DNA of 64,000 nucleotides from Squalus acanthias (lineage: Eukaryota): contig CM059432.1 in NCBI GenBank assembly GCA_030390025.1, forward strand, positions 40,178,001-40,242,000, written 5' to 3'. The notes below the pieces were generated by a model. It saw only the letters and a program-made list of their open reading frames with translations. It was not told the origin of the DNA and did not search any database. Both the position numbers and the translations under genes were made by a program. Below, piece after piece: positions 50,230-62,105 of the stretch. How positions within the stretch are numbered: position 1 is the stretch's first letter; every line of letters starts with the position of its first letter.

Positions 50230-51130
50230 ACCCTGCTGAGCAGGTTTGCTTGCTGTACACCTAAGCAGCCGCTAGACTCCCTCCGACTTCTTCCTGGCTC
50301 CCACACCAGATCACGTGCGTTAGTGACAGAACGTCCCCAGATGCCAACGCTCTTTTGATTGGACAGGAGAGGGTCGGGTGCGAGGCGGGGCATTGTGACG
50401 CGCGGCGGCGATCAGCTGTTGGAGTTCCACAACAATAACAATACAGGGAGGTGAGAGCGGGCGGCACGGACCAGGACATTCACCCGCTGACGCTCTCCAA
50501 ACACAACAGCAACAAAGAGATACGGCAACTCTCATTTTATCCTCTCTCTTTCTTTTTTCTACCTCATAGTTTTTTTTAAAAAAAAGTCCTTAAAAATCGA
50601 GCCCGCGCTGAAAATTTTGTTTACATACAAAAGAGGGGTCAAAAAAGTGCAATACCTAAAGTCAGGCAAGTGGCGTGAACTTTCCTTGTGTCTGGTCGCA
50701 TTTTTCTTCTGAACTCGATTCTCTTGCGTTAGCTGAGAGAAGGTGCGAGAAAGGAGAGAAAAGACAAAGCGAAGGGAGAACTGCAATCGAGCAACATGAA
50801 CGGTTACTCCGGATAAAGTGTATTTGTAGGTCGATTCTTTTTTTTTCTTTAGTGTTAAAGTGCCGCGTCGTGTTAATCTGGTAATGTTGACGTTTTAAAA
50901 CGCGACCACCGAGCCCTTTATGTGTGGTATCGTTCATCATCTCGGGTGTCGGTTTACTCGATCTTTTCTTACAGCCAGACGTCCAGCTGGGCGCTTTAAA
51001 ATGCTTACGTTAGCTTTTAAAGGCGTAACTAAACAGTCTTCAACTGGGCTGTGTGCGATTTTTGGAGAAGATGAGGTTAGAGACATTTTGCTGTTGTGTT
51101 GCTGTTGCTCGCGATAGCTTGTGCGGATGT
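50230..51130 (+). promoter_or_regulatory. TP53INP1: CpG-rich promoter and non-coding first exon region, probably of TP53INP1
   Basis: Non-repeat CpG-rich segment with E-box TCACGTG (50311-50317), inverted CCAAT (50358-50362), GC box (50383-50389), half-CRE TGACG (50396-50400). Candidate donors GAG|gtgaga (50451) and CTG|gtaatg (50881). Confidence 0.7.
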
Positions 51131-52684
51131 TTGTTTTCCTGCATGAAATGTTTGATGACTGGTTGATCAGTGTTGCTTTTTTTCCCTCCTCGGATTCTGA
51201 AAGCAGTTTTAAATATTTACTGAATAAATAGTTCAATTGTGTTTTGTTTTACATCTGCATACTGTCGAACTAAATTCTAGTTATTTTTAATATATATATA
51301 TGATTATTTATGGTAGAATGTGACTTATTTCTTACCAAGTGGTGCTGTAATGGAAATCTTCTCGACGAACAAAGAATTGGGCCATTAAAACGGCTAATCT
51401 GATAATCTACAGTGTAGAGACGGATTTCTTTTCCAAACACACCCGAAACAGAGCCCCCCCCCCCCCCCCCCCCCCCCCAGATTCTGGGTGCTCGCGGTGG
51501 GGAGACTCGGTGAAGGGCAGGCGGTTCCTGGTGCAGCACCATCTTCCACTGATGTCACCATGGGATCTGGCTTCGGTTCTTGGGACTTTGCAATGGTTGT
51601 GCCATGGCAACCTGGGGCTGCTTCCATCCTTAGTCAAACGTGCTACCGGACGTCTTACAAGTGGTTACACAGATGCTACTGAATGACTGACAGTGGATTT
51701 ACTTCGCGCAGTAATCTAGTCAGATGTTGCAGTAATTGCTCGAAAAGTTTGTTCCATCAGATGAACCCAATATTGGATTAATGCCAGTAATCCTCTGGTA
51801 GACATCTGGCTTTTTTTTAAATTTTGGAAATAAAATTACCACTAGTTACTGTAGTACTTCACAGGATGTAAGACCACATATGGTACAAAGTTGACAACCA
51901 AGCTAAATTACAAAATAATTACTGGTCACAGATTCTCAGTATAATATAGTAAACAAACTTAATCGAGAGCATTTGGAAATTGCTTACTGTCTTACAATAT
52001 ATAGTAGCAATGATATTCCCTTGTATAAGTTATTAAGTGCACGTTCACTGCTTATTAAATGACACAGTATAATACTGCTGGTCAAATCACAAGATAGGAT
52101 CAGATAAGGAAAACCATTCAGTTCATTGTAGCCAGATTGACCCTACAACATCCAATGGTTTCTTGAATGAATCCAGGGTTTTTGTCCTTAACCAGAAGTC
52201 CATTCTATGTGTTGATCATCCTTCACTCACAGGAAGGAGCCTGCTATCTGTTGGTGTTCATTATAAACTCCCACCAGAAAGAAGGTGAGAAGAGTAACAA
52301 GAAATAACTTTTACAGACTAACACACAAGTCTGTGGTGTGTTACAGATAACTACCACATCTCAGAGTTGAGACTTTCTGTTTATGAATTTACTTCAGAGT
52401 GTCCTTTTCTAGTATGAACTGTAATTTCTTGAGACATTTATTTCTATAGGTTAATATTTGTAATGTTATTACTGTAAGTGTGTTGCAAAATAATTAATCG
52501 CAGATTTTGATTTATTTAAATGGTGCTATTTTAAGGCTCCAGGGATTGTGAGATGTGACTCTTTTAGCTTTGCCTCCCTTATTGTGAATACCACAGCCTC
52601 TGCTAGGCACTTTGCCATGAAGTAAAGTTAGACTTGTTCTTGCTGTACCCATTTAGCATTAGTGTTAATAAGTTTGAGACTGGG

Positions 52685-52878
52685 ATAACACTCCTGCTCT
52701 TCTTCGAATAGTACTATGGAATCTTTTATGTCCACCCAAGAGGGCAGATGGGGCCTCAGTTGAACATCTCATCCGAAAGACAACACTCCCTAAGTAATGC
52801 ACTAAGGTGTCAGCCTGGATTATCTGTTCAAATCTCTGGTGTGTGGCTTGAACACACAAAAGTGCTATCACTGAGCCA
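52685..52878 (-). mobile_element. SacSINE1-like SINE 5' half
   Basis: gggcctcagttgaacatctcatccgaaagac..gtgctatcactgagcc matches 3573-4008. Confidence 0.7.
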
Positions 52879-52899
52879 ATGATGACCCCTAATAAGTTA

Positions 52900-53500
52900 C
52901 AAGATGTAAAAAGAAAAAACATGCAGCAGCTGCAATTTGAAATAGAAATGTAGAATACTGCAAATGCACAACTTCTGAACAGAGAAAAAATCAATCAATG
53001 TTTCAGGCGTAGACCCTTTGTCAGAATTGGAAACCAGAAAATGAGCGAGCCTTTTATAAGACTGAACAAAACAAAGAGGGGAGAACAACAGGCAAAATTG
53101 ATAGGTATCCTAACTGTTATCTGAGGCAGTGTAGCCTGTGAACAAGTTTATTTCTAAAGCTGAAAAGAAGTGAGGGAAAAGGTGCTGGATGATAGGCAAT
53201 GATCACCTCAGTAAGGCAGTGAAGAGATACAAGAAACAAAAAAAGGATGAAAATAAGGTGAATGGGAGAAGCAGACGGGAAAGGGAAGGAAGACAGCTAA
53301 TATGAAGTTGCTAATGTTGGTGTCCAGACTGGAGGTCTACATGTGCCAAGGAGAAGGGTAAGAAGGTGTTCCAGAAGAATGAGATGTTTGCAAAGCAGTC
53401 ACCCCATTTGGTCTCTCCAGTGTATAGGATACCACACATTGAGAAGAGAATACAGTATTAGATAAAGTTGGATATCACTTGGTGAAACATATATTTAGGC
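52900..53500 (-). mobile_element. Degenerate Penelope-like remnant
   Basis: Decayed hammerhead complement atgtttcaggcgtagaccctttgtcagaa followed by a purine-rich tract. Confidence 0.4.
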
Positions 53501-54073
53501 ATCTCCGCAGCCAAGTTCTTTTTAAGCTATTTCTCACCCACTGCAGTGCCACACACTATCTCCCTGACCTGCTCCTAGGCCTACATGATTCCTGACCTCC
53601 TTCCAGGCCTATACCAACTTGTAAATATCCACAAAGTGACACAGGAGAGCAACCGAGGGTGTGACATCCAATTGTACCATCTGCCCTTATCTACTGTAAC
53701 AGGATTTTTGTATACATCAGAGAAACCCAATTGAGGGTATTGCAGAACATTGGTATGATGGAGGCTGGAACAGTCGCTTTTGCATCTTCACAAACTTTGT
53801 CGTGGAGCCCACCAGCATCTGTAGTGTCTTTACATTCTGATGAACCAAATTGCTGGATATATTTATTTCAAACTGACTAAAATCACCAAGCTTAAAATCT
53901 AAAATCATTCCTTTTTGGAGGCGATGGAAGATACAGCTTACATTCCTCAGAAGAAATGAGATATTAGAGACCAGTCTGAAAGATTGATCCAGCCTTTCCT
54001 GTTGCTCTAGTTAGTCCTTTATTGGTACCACCTGTTGAAATATTTTTCCGTGGTAGATAAAATCAGAAACATT

Positions 54074-56300
54074 GGCCTAGAAATTCGAACCATTTGCGCT
54101 GGCCGTTAAGGCCGGTTTTGAAGAAAAAATGGCGGCCGCCTCGCTTCCACCCACATATTGGGCAGGTCGGCAGCGCTGCCGTTGCCTGCGCTCGCCACAA
54201 GTATTTTAATTACCAGGAGCGTGCAACACCAAATTGACGCACGCTCCGCCATTTTGGACATTGCCGCTACTCTTACTGCCCTCTCCAAAGCACGCTCGTT
54301 CGTGCAGCCATTGACAGCGCGTAGAGCTGGGAGAAAGCGGCGATGAGCTATAAACTGTACAGTAAACAACTGCTGAGATAACTGGTAACTATGGAGAGCT
54401 CAAACTATGTAACTGGAGTGAAAACTGCTTCCAATGAGATGCACCAAATCTGCCCCCTGGTCAGTCAAACATTACAGGTGGTAAATACTTTTAAAATAAA
54501 CTATACTGTACTGTACTACAGTTGTAAGAATCTCAGGAAAAAATCCAAGCTGCATTTCCTTAAATTTTATTAATTGGGTTTCCTAGTTTAGGAACTGATA
54601 AAATAATGGGGCAGACATTGCAGTCTCTGTGATGGTGTACTGTCAGAGTATGGCATTGTAATCTATTTCAAAGGCCCCGGAAGTTCCGGTTTTCTGCATG
54701 TGCTTGCGCATGCGCAAAATCCGGAACTTGCGATCTGTCAAGGTACACCTTGACAGATCATCCGAATGAACTGTAAAATGAGTATCGCTGGCGTAATGTT
54801 GGGCTATTTGCCCAACAACTGCCCAGTAATTGCCCATGCAACTCTTACGGCTGGTAAAAGCAAGCGTAGGGCCTGCTTTCATCAGCGTAAGGGTATATAT
54901 AAGGCTTAAATAAAATATTTAAAAATCTGAAATTATGCACATACACTTTAAATGAGTTTATGCAAAAATTGGCCCGGATTAAGATGTTTAAAATTATTTA
55001 ACAAAAAATCAAATTTTTATTGAAGTTGGATCAATGACGGGACTTACGAATAAAATTGCAATCCAGTACATTTATATTTATTCGAATTCTGTACAAATGT
55101 ATAATTATTTGGGGATTCAATTGCATATCATTAGGAGATTCCCTTCGTAAATGATTGCAATGGAATCCTCTTTTTTTCATTGGAGGACCAGGCCCACGTG
55201 ATCCCAGGGACGCTTCCGAACCACCTGCGTCCCTGGGATCTGTGGGCCTTTATGCTGCTGTATGCCTGGAGGCCCGAGACCGCAACTCTTCGCAGCCTGG
55301 GTGCCTGGAAGTAAATTCGTAAATATTTTGTAGGTCGGAGGCGTACTCCTGAGGTACGCCTCCGACCGCAATTTCTAGGCCAATATGCAAAGTTTTTAAG
55401 TCTGTTGTTAAAAGGCCAAGAATTAAGGAAAATTTAACTGCATATTCCCACCAAGAGTTTTTCAAAAGTCTGTTGTTAAAAAATTTAATTGAACTCTCTG
55501 CTGAACGATTTACACCAGTAAACTCGTGGCCAAGAGGTTCATGTTACCCTTTATTTAAAAATGTATTTCAATTCACATTTACCTTGCTACTTTTAAATAA
55601 GTTGCACCCAAATAACTGACTTTAATTGTCTTTCAGTTTATTGCAAAAATTCTTTAATATGATCCAGATCGAGCTGGCTTTTTTTTCGCTGTTGCTTAAT
55701 TTAATTTTTTTCTGATTTTTCATCAAGATCCAGTTTACATCACGAAAATGCTGATGGACCCGCTAAAGAAAGAAATATTAAGATTTATAGAGGTTTTTTT
55801 TGTTCTTATTGAAAATATATACATAGGTGCCTATACAGTTCCTATACAACTATAATCGTAAAATAAGCTTGGAAGGATAGTTTGGTATTTCCATAGTATA
55901 TATCTTGTGATCACTGCCCTATTTTAACAAATTTAGCAAGTGGCCAGTACTCAGTCACTGATATCACTTGCATCATGCCGCTTTAGCAAGATCTCTCTTC
56001 CATATAATGGCGCTACTTCCTTTAAATTGCACGCAGTCCATTAAATTTTCTGCGTTCAGCTCATATTTTGGCCATAATCTCAGGATTTCTCATGCAACGT
56101 TTTAAGGACATCTATGCCACAGTCTTTCATTTGGAAATGTACTGTTAATAAGGTGACTGCCCGAGCTTCTGCACTTCGCTTATTTAAATCAGCAGGCAGC
56201 ACCAAAATACCGGTGCTGCCAGTGCTCATTTTGCAGGCCGCCGTTAACCTTGTCCCATGGTAGCACCGCCCGTTTTCGGGCTTAATCAAATTTCCAGGCC
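54074..56300. mobile_element. PIF/Harbinger-type non-autonomous element (outer)
   Basis: TIRs GGCCTAGAAATT / AATTTCCAGGCC with ATT on both sides. Confidence 0.65.
54608..55381. mobile_element. PIF/Harbinger-type MITE nested in the outer element
   Basis: Ends GGGGCAGACATTGCAGTC / GACCGCAATTTCTAGGCC with AAT on both sides; subterminal palindrome (~54677-54729) like the one in 18007-18760. Confidence 0.7.
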
Positions 56301-56939
56301 ATTATTTCTCACCTGCATCTCTGTTTTGAAATGTTTGATTTATTAGTCCTGATGGACATTGTAGAAGATCAATTTGACCCCTAAATTTGCATAGCTTGTA
56401 TTTTAAGACAATATTTTTCCAGTTTCCTTCATTTTAGCCATCATCTTTTTTCACAAGACTTTAGCGTTCCTTGTGCTTTCTTCTGTATTCAACTTTTTTT
56501 GGTAGGGAGCCTTTTTTATTCTTAGCCTTTTCTTTCAAGTGGAAGCCGTTTCTTTTTACTGTCATTCTTCTGTAAAGAGACCGTGTTACCATAGCAAAGT
56601 ATCCTGCAAGACACATTACTGCGTTTGTACACAGAGGAATGCAAAAATATATGGTTATATTATTGTTCCACTCACAAGTGTGTTACAGTTTGAGCAAATA
56701 GAAGCCTAAAAGCTATCATAAAGTTTCTGTTGTAGCACAGATACTTCCCAGCAGGCGACATATTGGTATTTTGAACAAGAGTTTTCAGAGCTGGCTATAC
56801 CAGGAAGTGAGCCTGACTGAAAGGCTTCTAAATATAGCAAACAGGACCTTTTAAACTTTCATCTAAAGCACAGTAGTTTCCTAATATTGCTATTGCAATA
56901 ATCCTTGCTAGCTACTATCAATGTTCCTAGCAGTAGGAC

Positions 56940-59860
56940 AAAAGAGCAAAAGAGCTGAATTCCAGAGGTGAGAGTGACTGCCCTTGACATCAAGGCAGCA
57001 CTTGACCGAGTGTCGAATCAAGGAGCCTTAGTAAAATTGAAGTCAATGGAAATCAGGGGGAAAACTCTTCACTGGCTGAAGTCATACCCAGCACAAAGGA
57101 AGAGGTTGTGGTTGTTGGAGGACAATCATCTCAGCCCTAGGACATCTCTGCAGGAGTTCCTCAGGGCAGTCTCCTAGGCCCAACCATCTTCAGCTGCTTC
57201 ATCAATGACCTTCCCTCCATCATAAGGTCAGAAGTGGGGATGTTCGCTAATGATTACACAGTGTTCAGTTCCAATCGCAGCTCCTCCGATAATAAAGCAG
57301 TCCATGTCCGCATGCAGCAAGACCTGGACAACATTCAGGCTTGGGCTGATAAGTGGCAAGTAACATTCACGCCACACGAAGTGTCAGACAATGACCATCT
57401 CCAACAAGAAAGGCTGCGAATTTACGAACCTCGGTGGGTCCATGGTGGGTGATGTCGGTGGCAGGTCCCGACCCCACTGCTGGCTCCAGCCCGCTGTGTA
57501 GAATGAATTTCCCTTGATTAGGCTTGTTAAGCCCGCCCAGCGCGTTTCTTGGCTAATTACAGGAAGTGGGTCTCGTGACGTCATTTGATGACGTGTCATC
57601 AGCAGGTTCCCTTAAAGGGACTATGGCCAAATTTATTTAGACATTTGTGCTGCCAGTGTTCTACAGCATTGAGGTGCTGCAAACACTGAGAAGCACTGCA
57701 TATGCTTATGGAGGGAGTCATAGCACACAGGGAGGTCCTCTTCCCTTCCCACGGGCGGAAGAGACCTCCCCAGGAGATCAACACAGTCTGGTTGCACATT
57801 GCAGAGGAGGGCACAAGCAGGGATGTGGTCAGGAGGACCAGGGTGCAGTGCCGCAAACGTCTCCGTGATCTCAGTAGATCACAAAACGTTAGTATAAAGC
57901 CACACTCAACCTCATCTTGCTGTGCCTCTCATCATATCCCCAGCACTCTGCCTTCCCTACCCTACTCCTGCACATCCTTACTCACACCAACTTACCTTGC
58001 ACCTCCACCCATCCCTCTCTAGCTACATCATCACATCCCCATCTCACTAGCCACCCCTCACACTCACCCTCATCCAAGTGCAATCATACCAACTAACAAC
58101 ACACAAGGGTAGGCACTTGGGTGTTTTATCCAATGTTCATGTAAAGTTTATGTTAATGTGGTGTCAAATATTGAAACCTTTATTTTCAACACTTTGCGTT
58201 CTTGGACAGATTTGTCTGCATCTTTGAAAGTGGCTTAGTGAGTTGCAGTGAATGGTGAGACATAACGGTACCCCCTCCACCCCCCTGCAATGGTGATGAG
58301 TGTGAAAGGAATGGCTTGGGCATTGTAGGGATGCTTTATGGTGTTGGCGTGGGGTGGTGCCAACCTGGCGCATCATGTGGCAGCCAGGGTGTACAGTGTC
58401 AAGTGAAGTAAATCTGACCATGGTAAGGCCATCCCTGGCTTCCTGGGCAGCAATGTGGTTGGGTGCTGATGCCCTCTGTCCTGTGCAGCATCAGGTGATT
58501 GAGGAATAGGTTGTGATGTTGGTGCTGCTGGTGTGCCTGGTGATGCTGGTGTTGGGCTGATCATAGTGGGATCCTGAGGACCAAGGTGAGAGAGTTTCAA
58601 GGGCACCCATGCTGATGGAATCGATGGCAGGTGAAGTAGAGATGACAGAAGCAATCTGTCAATGGTGGGAGAGGTAATGAGGTCAGACTGGATGGAGACT
58701 TGTGTAAAGACTTGCAGCATCCTGAATCTGTAGAGGAAATGCAGTTTAGAGAAGCTAGTGGTTAAAGGAACATGTCAATCAGCTGGGGGCCTTGACATGA
58801 CATTTGAAGCTGTCAACTCATCAGCTGATTCAATGGCCACTGACCTCCTGCCTCAGTTTCACAGACGAGGCCTAGGCACAGCGGGAAACCGGTGGGCGAC
58901 CTGTCAAATCCAAAAAGCTGGGAAAAAAAACATTGGTAAATGGCTGTAAACAAGCTATTAACGATTTTAATTGCATCCCCCGCCGCTGCGTGTTGTGTCT
59001 GCTCAGCGCTGACAGACCTAACATTTGGTAAAGGTGTGTGGCGGCGGGTTCACACCGGGGTCTCGACCCGCTGGGGGGAAAAAAACTTTCCCACCCGACT
59101 CGCCACCGATCACGCCCGCTGACCCCCCCCGCCCTGCTGCAAAATCCAGCCCAGAAAGTCTAACCACCTCCCTTTGACATTCAATGGCATTACCATCGTT
59201 GAATCCCCCACCATCAACATCCTGAGGGGTGACCATTAACCAAAAACTTAACTGGACCAGCCACATAAATACTATGGCTACAATAGAAGGTCAAAGGCTG
59301 GTTATTCTGCGGCGAGTGTCTCACCTCCTGACTCCACAAAGGTTTTCCACCATCTACAAGGCACAAGTCAGGGGTGTGATGGAATACTCTCCACTTGCCT
59401 GGATGAGTGCAGCTGCAACAACACTCAAGAAGCTCGACACCATCCAAGACAAAGCAGCCTGCTTGATTGGCATCCCATCCACCACCTTAAACATTCACTC
59501 CCTCCACCACCGGCGTACCGTGGCTTCAGTGTGTACCATCTACAAGATGCACATGCAGCAACTCGCCAAGGCTTCTTCGACAGCACCTCCCAAACCCATG
59601 ACCTCTGCACCTAGAAGGACAAGGACAGCAGGCGCATGGGAACACCACCACCTGCAAGTTCCCCTCCAAGTCACACATCATCCTGAACTTGGAAATATAT
59701 CGCTGTTCCTTCATCATCACTGGGTCAAAATCCTGGAACTCCCTCCCCAACAGCACGGTTCAAGAACGCGGCTCACCATCACCTTCTCGAGGGCAATTAG
59801 GGATGGCCAATAAATGCTGGCCTTGCTAGCGATGCCCACATCCCTTGAATGAATAAAAAA
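56940..59860 (+). mobile_element. Family B LINE RT-to-3' end, split by a Harbinger element
   Basis: RVTALDIKAALDRV, GMFANDYTVF..QQDLDNIQAWADKWQV; resumes at 59153; A-tail at ~59854. Confidence 0.9.
57410..59152 (+). mobile_element. Internally deleted PIF/Harbinger transposon with Myb/SANT-like ORF remnant
   Basis: ORF 57702-58022 LMEGVIAHREVLF..VWLHIAEE..RRTRVQCRKRLRDL is a Myb/SANT-like DNA-binding domain. Right TIR AAAATCCAGCCC is identical to that of 24963-25674; left end degenerate; probable AGA TSD. Confidence 0.8.
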
Positions 59861-60017
59861 AAATTCTGACTAATTGCTTGGCTTTAATTTGAAGTCCTTT
59901 GGGATGAACAAGTGGATATTTTGCCAGATCCATTCATTTTAATGCAAACACTTCTTAAAAGAATTGTATGCCGCGTTCTCACCATCCTTATGTTTTTCGT
60001 ATTTTCATCTTGTACAA

Positions 60018-60152
60018 CAGGAATCAAGGGATATGGGGATCGGATGGGAAAGTGGAGTTGAGGTCGAAGATCAGCCATGATCTTATTGAATGGCGGAGCA
60101 GGCTCGAGGGGCCGTATGGCCTACTCCTGCTCCTAATTCTTAATGTTCTTAT
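60018..60152 (+). mobile_element. CR1 3' tail
   Basis: ggaatcaagggatatgggg..gatcagccatgatcttattgaatggcggagcaggctcgagggg. Confidence 0.8.
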
Positions 60153-60552
60153 GTCACACTGTTTCTAATCAGTTACGATTGATTGCCATTTCTTTTTAGG
60201 TCCTTGGCCTAAAGAACATTGTGCAGTTTTCCATCCAGCACAACCAGAAGAAAGTGGTACTATACCTGAAACAGACTGCATAATTCTGAATAATTTTCTA
60301 TTCCACATCTTCCTCAGCCAGTGTTTTTGGCAGATCAGCCTTGCAGTTTCCATTAAATATAAATTGTCAAAACTGGGAACCTTTACTTTCAGCTGTTATA
60401 AGTCATGTACAGTCATAGAATCTACTTCACTCACTTAATCTCATGAGGGAAAGTTCGACATAAATAATCTCCAGTCCCCAAAGATTATTAAGCAAATAAT
60501 ATATTGTTCTGAATAAAACACATTGACCTGTGATTTTTCTCCCTTTTTTTTC

Positions 60553-60905
60553 CTGAAGATGCTCACTCATGCTGGGGCATGATTTCATGGGTGCTGGCCA
60601 TTTTCTGATACATTACACAACTGACTATTCTAGACATGTGAACCTAGGCAATGAGTGTCAGCATTCTTGGCCATGAGGTCATCACAGATGAGCCCAATCC
60701 TGTTCTCACCTGATAGTCACATGTGCACCTTCCAGTAGGGGTCACTGCTCTTCAATCAGAAGAAAATCTGGCTGATTATTTCACCCCACTCCCTAGCTCA
60801 GGAATGCTGGGCCCAGTTGTAGCCCTCGTACTGCAACTCCAACAAAGACCAGCCAACTCCGCCCAGACAGGCGATGGAACCTGGGACTTTTCTGATCTGT
60901 ATGGC
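60553..60905 (-). mobile_element. Ancient tRNA-derived SINE (tentatively AmnSINE2-like)
   Basis: B-box-like GGTTCCATC on minus near 60880; catcacagatgagcccaatcctgttctcacctga..ttccagtaggggtcact is complementary to ~61925-61990. Confidence 0.55.
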
Positions 60906-61144
60906 TTTATCAACTGAGAACCCTAAGAAAAAACTGAAAGAAGATTTGCAGTGAAGAGATTCAGAAGTTTTCAAGTTAAAGACTTTGAATTTTAACATTA
61001 GAGTTGTTGCTTAAATAGATGTACAGTACTTGGTTTACATAGGCTTTTTTAGATTGTGGAGTATTACTGTATATTTCTTTTTCATGTTATCCTGTTTCAT
61101 TTTTTTCCGTTTTTTAATATTTTTATAACTTTGTTTCCACACAG

Positions 61145-61303
61145 ATGCATGAAAATTTGTATATCTTCACCGTGTGGAATTTTGGAATTATATGCATTTT
61201 GAGCACTCTCTGACCTACTTCCTTGTGCCACTAAAGTGATTAGTTGCTCCATTCAGTCAATCACCATTGTACAACAGTAGAAGTACCTGACTTTCACCGA
61301 GCT
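61145..61303 (+). other. TP53INP1: TP53INP1 exon 2, 5'UTR part
   Basis: Long polypyrimidine tract and ttgtttccacacag| acceptor at 61144. Confidence 0.7.
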
Positions 61304-61421
61304 ATGTACCAACGCTTCTCAAGTATGTTGTTTGGAGCAATTGACCATGCTGAAAATGATAGTCAGGAGCCTGAGATTAGTGAAAAGGAGGATGATGAAT
61401 GGATTCTGGTTGATTATATAG
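61304..61421 (+). CDS. TP53INP1: Tumor protein p53-inducible nuclear protein 1, first coding exon (LIR motif)
   Basis: MYQRFSSMLFGAIDHAENDSQEPEISEKEDDEWILVDYI + G|gtaaga. QEPE..EKEDDEWILVD matches TP53INP1 rather than TP53INP2. Later exons are not seen in the window. Confidence 0.93.
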
Positions 61422-61799
61422 GTAAGACAATTTAATCCAGAACACAAGTTAATGTGCATAAATGACCTACGATGTTATATTGGTGATGACTTCAACATTA
61501 GACTGCCTCTTTATACTCATTAAGACACCCTGTGGATTTAAACATAACTGACCAATATCGATATGAATACTTTTTTCATATCATAAATCATCATCCAGTG
61601 ACCTGAAGTTTTTGTAGCAATTTGATGCATCTTTTCACAAGATGTTTTTGTGAGCTTAGCCACATCAAGCTGTACCATATGACCAGGATTCACATAACTG
61701 CTATTACTCTAGAATCACAGCTTGGGTATTTCTTAAATCTTCAGTTAAACTAAATACCACTGGCTAAGTGCACCATATGATGTGTTTGAGTTATATAAA

Positions 61800-62105
61800 C
61801 TAGAAAAGTCACAATTTGATCACCAACCTGTGCTAAATTTTCTTAGTCAAGTGTGGGAGGGGTTTCAACAATTTGCCTCGTGGGTCTCTGGGCTGGGAAG
61901 GGCAAAAAAAAATTCTCCTGATAGGTAACCCCTGTTGGAAAGTGCAGATGTGGACAGAAAACGAAACCAGGATCAGGCTCGGTTGTAATGGCTAAGCCTA
62001 CACTTGAAGGATAGCTATGTGGACAAGATACCAAAGAAGTTCTGGTACCAGTGGAACTGTATGCCAATACGAGTCCTCAGTTTCTGGAGAGAAGGTGAGA
62101 AAATT
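61800..62105 (+). mobile_element. Ancient SINE copy (tentatively AmnSINE2-like)
   Basis: gtaacccctgttggaaagtgcagatgtggacagaaaacgaaaccaggatcaggctcggttgtaatgg; inverted relative to 60553-60905. Confidence 0.5.

Noticed and set aside
51454..51478. C25 homopolymer giving poly-Gly ORFs on the minus strand
   Set aside because: Simple repeat in intron 1; length unreliable in assemblies; the ORFs have no recognisable homology.
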